A DNA stretch of 64,000 bases from Craspedostauros australis (taxonomy: Eukaryota). Location: assembly GCA_030167865.1 (NCBI GenBank), contig JALAGF010005545.1, forward strand, positions 1 to 64,000. The letters run 5' to 3'. This document shows, in pieces, positions 22,799-31,019 of this stretch. A model generated the notes under the pieces. It searched no databases. It saw only the letters and a program-made list of their open reading frames with translations, and was not told the origin of the DNA. The position numbers and the translations under genes are program-made. Each line of letters begins with the position of its first letter. Position 1 is the stretch's first letter.

Positions 22799-24235
22799 TC
22801 ATTGCCGGGTGAGATTGTCGTTGTTTCGGTTGGTGGTCTTGGCCTTGTCCTTGTCCTTGTCGGCATCCTTCGCAGGCTGGCTGGCAGCAGCGGCCTCAGC
22901 AACGCCGCGCGCCACCGCCTGGGCAACCGTGCTGATGTTGATCTGCTGCACGGATGCGTCGGTCTTGCGCCGCTTGCTGGGGCTGCCACCGCTCTTGTTG
23001 CCTGGCGCATGCCCCCGGGCCTTCCGGGCCGCGCGGAGCCAGTCCTGCTGCGCCTTGGATAGCTTCTGATACTCTGCCTTGGTGTAGTAGGTGTCTTCGA
23101 CGCCGTCTGGCTTCGCGCCGACGTCGCCCTGTGGCCCATTGCGGATGCGTGCCGCCGCAATCTTCACGGATGGCTTGCCTGCCCGGGCGGACGACCTCAT
23201 GATCTTGTTTTGGAATACTCGTGCAGCTGCAGTGAAGTCTTGCATCAGCACTGTGCTTGCCTCCACCATTGCCACACACACCTCGACCTCATCCGTCTTG
23301 ATGGCATTGATGAGGTGTCGGACCTTCTGTCGTTCGGATATCCCGATCTCGCCATCTGGGACGCAGTTGGTCAGGATTTGGTGGTGGTGGTAGTGAAGCT
23401 GCAACAGTTTCTCGAAGTTCCAGTTCCGCTTCTCGCCGTGATAGGACGAGTTCTGCAGAGCAAGTGTCGACTTGTCCACCATGTTGCTCACATGGGAGGG
23501 TCCGAGGTAATGCTCGCGAAGAGCCTCGAATGCAGCACGTCCATCCCGTTTGCTGCGGCATGTGGCAATCACGCTCCATGCCGTTGTTGGATGCAGCAAT
23601 GCAGAGAGCAGCGTCCATACCTTGCGGCTGTCCGCAATGAAGGTGGGATGAGGAATCCCGTTCTTCCAATGCGGTGCCCTCGCAATCATGTGCTCCTGCT
23701 CGTCGTCGTAGGCATCCTCCGGATCCTCGTCTTCGTCGATGACCTCAGAGTCCTCACGTATGACGTATGGCAGTGGGATACCAGTCTCACCACGCATCTC
23801 CGCGAGCCGTTCGACGATCGCATCAATCGTCGCCGGCCAATCAAGTTCGTCCACTGTCACATCCATGTCTGGCTCTGTGTGCGCGGCTTCAGACGCCATC
23901 AACACGCGGTGTCGGTCAAGGAAGTCCATGGTGACTGCCGGAGGGTCAGTGGTTCGGCTGACACGCTGTCGGTGCCGCAGTGCAAAGCAGGTCAGCTTCA
24001 GATTCTTCGCTGCTCGAAGGGACACCGCAAGGCCCAAGTTGGGTCCGTCACCAGCCGCATTCATCCCTCCTGGTCGTCGGACTGCCTTGACCAGCTCATC
24101 AACATCGCTGTCCTCGAGTGGCTCCAGCTCTGCGATCGAGCTGATGTCCTGGTCGTGGAACAGCACGTTTGCTGCGCCAGCCTTGAACCCAATCCGGGTG
24201 AACAACCCGCGCATTGCGGCTCCGTCTGCTGCCAT
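22799..24235 (-). CDS. gag: Copia Gag (478 aa from ATG 24235)
   Basis: Long ORF between the 5' LTR and pol; gag-like motifs RGETGIPLPYVIR, DGRAAFEALREHYLG and YHGEKRNWNFE; ends NLTRQ-TGA. Confidence 0.88.
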   Translation of the reverse strand: MAADGAAMRGLFTRIGFKAGAANVLFHDQDISSIAELEPLEDSDVDELVKAVRRPGGMNAAGDGPNLGLAVSLRAAKNLKLTCFALRHRQRVSRTTDPPAVTMDFLDRHRVLMASEAAHTEPDMDVTVDELDWPATIDAIVERLAEMRGETGIPLPYVIREDSEVIDEDEDPEDAYDDEQEHMIARAPHWKNGIPHPTFIADSRKVWTLLSALLHPTTAWSVIATCRSKRDGRAAFEALREHYLGPSHVSNMVDKSTLALQNSSYHGEKRNWNFEKLLQLHYHHHQILTNCVPDGEIGISERQKVRHLINAIKTDEVEVCVAMVEASTVLMQDFTAAARVFQNKIMRSSARAGKPSVKIAAARIRNGPQGDVGAKPDGVEDTYYTKAEYQKLSKAQQDWLRAARKARGHAPGNKSGGSPSKRRKTDASVQQINISTVAQAVARGVAEAAAASQPAKDADKDKDKAKTTNRNNDNLTRQ

Positions 24236-24517
24236 GGTGGTTCTGCTCAATGGTTCTTGCGTTGATTGATGTGCTGTCCGTAGTCTTGGCTTGTCTGGTC
24301 TTCAGACCGTCTGACTCGTTGGCTGCTCCAAACGGTCAGGTTGCTTTCTCTCTCTCCACAGCGTCCTGTGGTGTGCTCGTCGATGCGTCGTGCAGCGCTC
24401 TGTGACCGTACACAGAAGCGACAGGCAGAGCGTAGTGCAAACGACTTCAACCTCTTGTCTTCAACTCGTTGCAAACCTTGTCTCCGTTCTCCGACCAATG
24501 GAGATGAATGATAAACT

Positions 24518-24760
24518 CAAGCAATCCGGTGGTGCAAATGTACTTGCGTGCGAACACAGCTGGGCGATGAGACAAGATGCGTTGAGAAAAGGGAAGAGTG
24601 TGTGTGACACGAGAAGGGTGTCGCAAAAGTATGAGAGAAACCGTGGCGCAATGCCTGGGTGAAAACTCTCGTTACGCGTCCGCAGTGACCGCACAAAAGA
24701 TTTGGGTCTTTTGTGGCCACCGCTCTATCTTACATCTGGCATTTTGACCGATCCGATTCA
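24518..24760 (-). repeat. 5' LTR (243 bp)
   Basis: Identical to 18372-18614 and followed by the TSD ttcct. Confidence 0.95.
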
Positions 24761-25155
24761 TTCCTCCACACCCGAACAAAGCCAAAAACACAAACCAACC
24801 ACCGACATCAGCCAACGATCGCACCCATCACAGCGCCGCGTGTCATCTCATGAGCGTTGTAGCTGATGCCATCATTTCTCACAATGCCATTGCGCGGAGA
24901 GTACAGTACTCATCCTCTATACTTCCTCGTGTGTTGCCACCAATACCCATCATAGGACACCTTCTGTGATTCATCTCGCAACGCTTCTGAGATTGCATTA
25001 AAATAGGAACATTCCCACCTACGAGTACTATTAGTACACTTCGCAGTTTCCTTTCAAGCGAACAACCGCCAACTACGGTCCCGCCTTCATTGCGCTCCAC
25101 TCATCGCAGTTTTCACAACACATCGCAGGAAAATACCATACATTAAAGAGAGTCA

Positions 25156-25680
25156 ATGATGCGCTCCCGCTCCACCTTCACATTCATGCTGTTCGCAGCC
25201 TTGCTCGTGCTCAGCACAGTTTCCGCCCAATTTGGCGTTCCCAAGCAGCAGGAGGTCAAGCCCGATGGGCAGCAGCAGGAGGCCAGCACACCGGGCCAAG
25301 GCGAGCTGGATGGCATTCTGTCGCAGCAAGATGCTACGGACATCGACCATCTGGTCCAGCAGGCCAAGCAGGATCCGGAAACCATGCACCTCGTGGAGCA
25401 GATGAAGGCCAGCGCCGGAGGCGAGCTCGATGCCCTGCGGCAGCTGTCGCCAGTGGAGATCCTCGGAGGTTTGAAGCAAACGGTGGATGACATGAAGGTC
25501 ATCGACTACCTGTTCAAGGACGGCGACAAGGCCTTCGAGGAGATGAAGAATGCCGGCATGATCAACGAGGAGCACCTGGAGACGTACAGGAAGGATCCCT
25601 CGCTGCTGGAGGAGGACACGAGACGCAGTCTGTACTTTCAATTCGTTTCGCTCGCAGTTGTCGGAGGTCTGATCGAGTAG
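25156..25680 (+). CDS. Unknown secretory-pathway protein (174 aa) with signal peptide and hydrophobic C-terminus
   Basis: N-terminal FTFMLFAALLVLSTVSA-Q, strong C/G-ending codon bias, acidic helical body, C-terminal FVSLAVVGGLIE. Confidence 0.75.
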   Translation: MMRSRSTFTFMLFAALLVLSTVSAQFGVPKQQEVKPDGQQQEASTPGQGELDGILSQQDATDIDHLVQQAKQDPETMHLVEQMKASAGGELDALRQLSPVEILGGLKQTVDDMKVIDYLFKDGDKAFEEMKNAGMINEEHLETYRKDPSLLEEDTRRSLYFQFVSLAVVGGLIE

Positions 25681-26273
25681 GCGCACGCTTATTTTTCGAT
25701 GTACCCGCCCAAGTATACAGAGTGGCTATCGATCGAGGCACGGCGAAGAGCGGTGCAAGTCGCATCCGGGATCAGCGGACGACGTGATACCGATACGATC
25801 AAGCTACGCCGACCAAGGGCCAGTTGTGTGACTTGTTGCACCATCGCATTCCACAAGGAAGCGCCGATCACAGTTCAGCAGGACAGCAAAGTGCTACTCG
25901 ACGGCGTTCCCGCCTCACTCGTCTCGGCGTCACCAAGTTTGCGGAATATGTACGACAAGAAATACTGTCTGCGGCAGTCCAAGGAGATTACTCGAATCGA
26001 CAACCCTGCAGATGCGAGGATGAGCGTGGAGGAATAGGAGGGTGCTTGCAGAGTGTTGCAGAGAATCTACTCTTGCTTCCCTACCCACCCACTCTACCCT
26101 ACATGTATGCTTGTTTACTGGTGGTTGAATTCTACTTTTGCCTGCTAACAGCTCTTTACTTACAAGACAATCTACGCTCTGGCTTGTGGGAATGAATTTA
26201 TGTCCCAACTGTAAAGTACACTGGTTCCTTCAGAAGCGTTTGCAGTACCGCTTGTAGTATCCGGTACTGGACG

Positions 26274-26778
26274 TGACGTACTATTGTTGACAGGTTTGAG
26301 AAGGGGTTGCAGCCGACGTCAGCAAAGAATGATCGTGACGTCAAGAAATGGAGCATCATCATCGAAAATAATCGAAATGTTCGATCATACTTAACGTTCT
26401 TGACATCTGCGACATTGGATGCTGACGTCGACATGTGGCACTTCAAGGGTGTTTGCCGACTCTACCTTTCTTGACATCATGTTGACGTAGCGAAGATCCA
26501 GACGGACACGGTGCAAACACGCGCGTCAATGCGAAACTGCGCAGCTGCGCCCGTTGTCAACACCAACAGGTGTGTGCAGATGGAGCTGATGCTGTCGGTG
26601 TTCCCACAAATCATGGAGAAGAGACATCAACACAAAACAAGTCATCAGCCACGAACCAGCACACAAAAACAATCAGAAGCAACAAACCAAGAGGAACCCA
26701 CGAGCGAGAAAGCACACCCAGACCCCCAACGCAACCAACAACAACACAAGACATACATCAGTCGAGAACTGCTGACGT
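26274..26778. promoter_or_regulatory. Cluster of six TGACGT sites (aureochrome/bZIP-type box)
   Basis: Sites at 26274, 26316 (reverse), 26336 (palindromic TGACGTCA), 26423, 26483 and 26773, all upstream of the plastid-targeted gene at 26971. Confidence 0.5.
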
Positions 26779-26970
26779 ATCCAACACCAGACACCAAGCA
26801 GGAGACAAGATACGACACCATCCCAATACTCGTATTGTTATCATTGATCGTATCCCACAAGCACACAAACAAACAAACCGCGTCCACAACACCTCGACAT
26901 CTCGGACATGACATCAGTAACCAAGGAACACAGCGGCAGCCACAGCAGCACCAGCAATTGCACCGGCAGC

Positions 26971-28005
26971 ATGCGAGGATCGCTTCTCTTCATGGCGGCC
27001 ATGCTCAGCACGGCTGATGCGTTCGTTGCTCACCAGCACCCGCAGCACAATCAGTTCCGCACGAATGCTGCCAGCCAGTACGAGCAGCAAAAGCAGCAGC
27101 AACAGCAGCACCCGGGCTGGATCCACAGACAGCCAGAGCATGCGCACGACCAACTCACCTCCAAACTCCAGGCCACCGTCTACTCACCTGATGGATCCTC
27201 CCAGGACTTCAGCAGCGAAGACAGCACGACCTCCACCTTCAGTGCCGGTCCGATGCAGCTCGACCATCTCTCACCCAGAACGCAGACACTTTTGGAGACG
27301 CTTCAGGAGCAGTACCGTGCCAGCCTGGTGAAGGTCGCGTGCGCATTCGCACCGACAGGACACGTGCTCAAGCCGAAGGAGGTCGAGGCCATCCAGGTGC
27401 TCGATCTTGGCCGGTCCAGCATCGAGATCAGCGCCGTCCTTTGCGAGGACCAAGGCTGCGTCAGCGTTGCCGTCCCAGTCGACTTCCCAATGCCCTGCCA
27501 GAACGAGGAGGACATGGAGCTCTGCGTCCTGGACAACATCTCCAGGCTCGACTCGCAGGCGGAGAACGTGATCGCCACGGCGGAATGGAAGGAGATCAAC
27601 TACGAGGAGGTCGACTCCCTGGAGCGCATCCGCACCTCGCTCATGGACAAGACTAACGTCGCCCTGCCCTCCTGGTGGCTGAGCCCCGAGTCCGCTTCGT
27701 ACGAGATGAAAATCGAGTGCAGGACGTTCTGCGACCTCCTCAACGAAGAAGACTTCCGTGACGACATCACCACCGTCGCGCGAAATGCGCTCAAGACATC
27801 TCAGAACATCATCCCCAGCGACGTCTGCCAATCAGCAGTTGTCGAGGTCGGCCCGGCCGGACTGCTGATGCGCGCCCACATCAAGCAGGAGAAGACGTTC
27901 GCCGATGAGAGCGGCTACCGGATCGTCGATGTCCAGATCCCCTTCGTCAACATCTGCGTCACCGAATCCGAGCTCAGAGCATCCATCCTTTCTTTCGTCT
28001 CCTAA
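26971..28005 (+). CDS. Plastid-targeted protein with two DUF2470-like (HugZ/GluTR-binding-type) repeats
   Basis: Signal peptide MRGSLLFMAAMLSTADA-FVAH plus transit peptide. Two segments end in V.V.FP.PC......CVL and VQIPFVNICVTESELRASIL, which resemble DUF2470 by eye. An upstream in-frame ATG exists at 26908. Confidence 0.7.
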   Translation: MRGSLLFMAAMLSTADAFVAHQHPQHNQFRTNAASQYEQQKQQQQQHPGWIHRQPEHAHDQLTSKLQATVYSPDGSSQDFSSEDSTTSTFSAGPMQLDHLSPRTQTLLETLQEQYRASLVKVACAFAPTGHVLKPKEVEAIQVLDLGRSSIEISAVLCEDQGCVSVAVPVDFPMPCQNEEDMELCVLDNISRLDSQAENVIATAEWKEINYEEVDSLERIRTSLMDKTNVALPSWWLSPESASYEMKIECRTFCDLLNEEDFRDDITTVARNALKTSQNIIPSDVCQSAVVEVGPAGLLMRAHIKQEKTFADESGYRIVDVQIPFVNICVTESELRASILSFVS

Positions 28006-31000
28006 GAAGCTTTGGAGCACAACGATGATGATAATGGCGACGATAGCACCAGAGGCACCCACAGCAACAAAAAGCAGAAACCAGAAGCATTATCCGTACG
28101 AGTACTACGAGCACTACGAAGAGTATGAACCCAACGGTCCCCCATATCTCCGCCACTACGAACACCTACGTATGGTACACATAGAATTGTTAAAATTGTA
28201 TAGTCATCCTGACCAACCATCGATGTTTTGCATGTTACTACTAGAGTCCTACGACTAGTACGGATATGTACCAGCACGCCAAACATGAGGCTGTGACGCC
28301 ATGCTCTTCTCGACGCGTTGCTGTGGGGTGTCATGTAATATGTAACTGCAAGAGCTGACGAGGTGGCGATTGAGACCTACACCGATGCTCGTATAATATG
28401 TATTAATATTATAATAGCATAGAATATTTGGAATAGTACTCGACTGGGTTGTTGTAGACATGCCGGGAGCTATGCCGAATTTGTTGCTTCCCATCCTCTC
28501 TCTCTCTCTCTCAGCGTACTCATTTGTAGTATCCATAGGCCGTACTCTACTGATACTTCCCCAGACTTGTCCACGTATGCTCCAGAGAGAGAGAGAGAGA
28601 GAGAGCCTACGAGTAGGCCATACGCTACGTCTCAACGAGTAGAGCTGCTGGGGCTGCCATTTTACGTACATCGTCGTAATGTAGGGTACTTGTGCTTGTG
28701 CGTGTACGTGCACGTGCACGTTTACCAGCACCGGCAAGCGCTCGTCTTCGTGTTCCATCGCAGCACAAGCAGAACACTGTGCGAGATGGGAGAAGAAGGG
28801 CTGAGTTGTTCGCAGAACTCTCTTGACGTCTTTTTGCGACAGCGTTTGTCGCATGGGACACGATTCACACTACTCTTGATTAATGCGACCAAAAGACGAC
28901 AGATTTCGTCCCGTATCGAAAAAGGTGTCTGTGTTGGCACAAAACGGCAAATCGCAACAAGAACGCATCCAACCCGCGTGGTGTCTCGTGAGATTTGTTC
29001 TTCCTTCGCGAAGCGCATCGGAAAAAGCAAAACAAACAACACAGACCAACAGCAAACACCAAGACACAGCCACAGCGGCGTCTCTCCTCCTCTCTCCTTC
29101 ACGCTGCCCTCTGCCGTCCTCGCGCGCCTCCTCAAGCACGTCAGAACAAGACTCATTTGTCGCCATGTAAGTACATCACCATGACACCCCTGCGGTCCGA
29201 AGGTCGGGCCCTGCCTCCCCCACGAGCATGGGACGGTGCACTGTCGACCATGGCGGTCGCCCGAGCCGCTCATGGCGTTGCGTCGTGACGGCATTCGTCC
29301 GTTGGTTCGACTCGTCGTAGGATCCTACTGGATTTCTACGGTGACGTCTGCCCTCCCGTCCCGCGGGAGAACAACCACATCAACAAACGAATGATCGCCC
29401 GTGCGCGGGTTTGCGTGTTTTCACCGCCTCTGGGCGAAACTGTTGTCACCATGTTTGCAGATGCGTGATGGGTGCGAACAACCAGGATGGAGAGATGCGC
29501 GGAAAATGCAGAGACAGCGATGTTTTTCGTTTTCGCTGGTGCGTCATGGGGATCGATGTTGTGATGGCCTCCTTCTCCGGGTTTCGATCGATCTCCTCTT
29601 TCTGTGGCGACGGACGAGTCGGATGATGACAAGCCGCGGCAAATCTTCATGCCTCCTTGCACACATCGTGACAGCCACGACAACAGCTCAGCATCAGCAC
29701 CAGCATCAGATGCCATCAATGATGCTGGCAGAGATACTGGCCCTGCCACTTGATCGATATCTTGGTCAGACGAACAAATCAAGAGGAAGAAACAGGGAGA
29801 TGGAGAGACAGAGACAGAGATCCGCCAAACACAAATACATACGCACATGACAGCATGCTCCTATATGATGACATTGCATGATACACAAGACAACATGATA
29901 TGGCGCAATATGGTCTTACTCACACTCCCTCCCTCTCTCCTTCTCTTCATCACCATCTCTCGCATGTTCTGTTGGCTCAACTTCTCCGCACGCATACGTC
30001 CGCTGCCTCCTCATCAACGACATGGACAACACCATCATGATTGACATGCCATGCGTGCCTCCAACATTACGCGACATCACACCGCACCACGCCAATCTCT
30101 GCTGTCTCGCAACACAACAGTATCCAACGCTCCGTTTGTTCTGCTGCTCCACGTGCAGGGTTCAACCGGAAACGAGAGGATTGGCCGCCAGTGACAAGCA
30201 GGAAGTAGGGAGAGGTCCCATCCTTGCGCTGAGACAAACGCGCACACCAACAAGCACATACTAGTACATACGCCAACAAACCAGCAAGTGGACAAACACT
30301 CAAAGGGGGGTTTCAAACGCGTTGGAGGGGTCAACCAGCGGTTGTAGCCCAAATCATCCATCCATCTCTTCATTCAGTTCTACGTCAAGTCTCAGCGATT
30401 CGAAAGGGCATTATCCGTCGCGAAGTATCAGTAAACCAGCAATCCAACGCACGTCCTCCCAGTGACGCAGTCATCTCTCATCGGCAAGATTTCGTTGCGG
30501 GAGTCCAAGCGGACATCCAACCATACGTCCATACATCAATCGACCGATCCGCTTGCTGGCTATCATAGTTGCGAAATCACTCCGTCAACGAAATCTGGAA
30601 TAACGTCGCCGGAATTGATCGCAGTCCTGTATATGATCTGTGGGAAGAGATTTGGAAACAGGGAACGGCAGATTTCATACTCTCCTCAACATCCACTGGC
30701 TGCTTTGGGCGGAAGGTGTTATCGGCGTCACAGATTGACGGGACCAGTCAGGCAGAACCGCATTCATTTCGAAACAATCGGTGTCTCCAACGATATCAAC
30801 TCCGCATTCATTTCCTCAAACTTGTCTCAGAATCAAAAGGAGAGATTGGGCACGTTGACTGCGAACAACACTGACACGATCTCATTCGCCAAGCCGGTCG
30901 CACCTTTCAACTGTTGGACAAGAAATCCATCCGACTCCCAGCGACTTCCCTGACCCATATTCACAAGACCAGACCCGAACCAAACACAACAAAACGAAAC

Positions 31001-31019
31001 CAAACCAAACTGACCCATC

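Larger units (their letters stand above)
18372..24760 (-). mobile_element. Full-length Ty1/Copia LTR retrotransposon (diatom CoDi-like), 6389 bp, with 5-bp TSD TTCCT
   Basis: Identical 243-bp direct repeats at both ends; ttcct at 18367-18371 and 24761-24765; domain order gag, PR, IN, RT, RH; PPT adjacent to the 3' LTR. Confidence 0.97.

Noticed and set aside
21888..24265. Long plus-strand ORFs (21888-22775, 23210-24265) as antisense genes of the retrotransposon
   Set aside because: They are shadows of GC-rich gag/pol codons with no domain motifs.
25699..26195. Small ORFs downstream of the 174-aa gene
   Set aside because: No codon bias or motifs; likely 3' UTR or intergenic.
28835..28853. 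7-bp hairpin tgcgaca-gcgtt-tgtcgca
   Set aside because: A stem of this length is expected by chance in 64 kb, and there is no supporting context.
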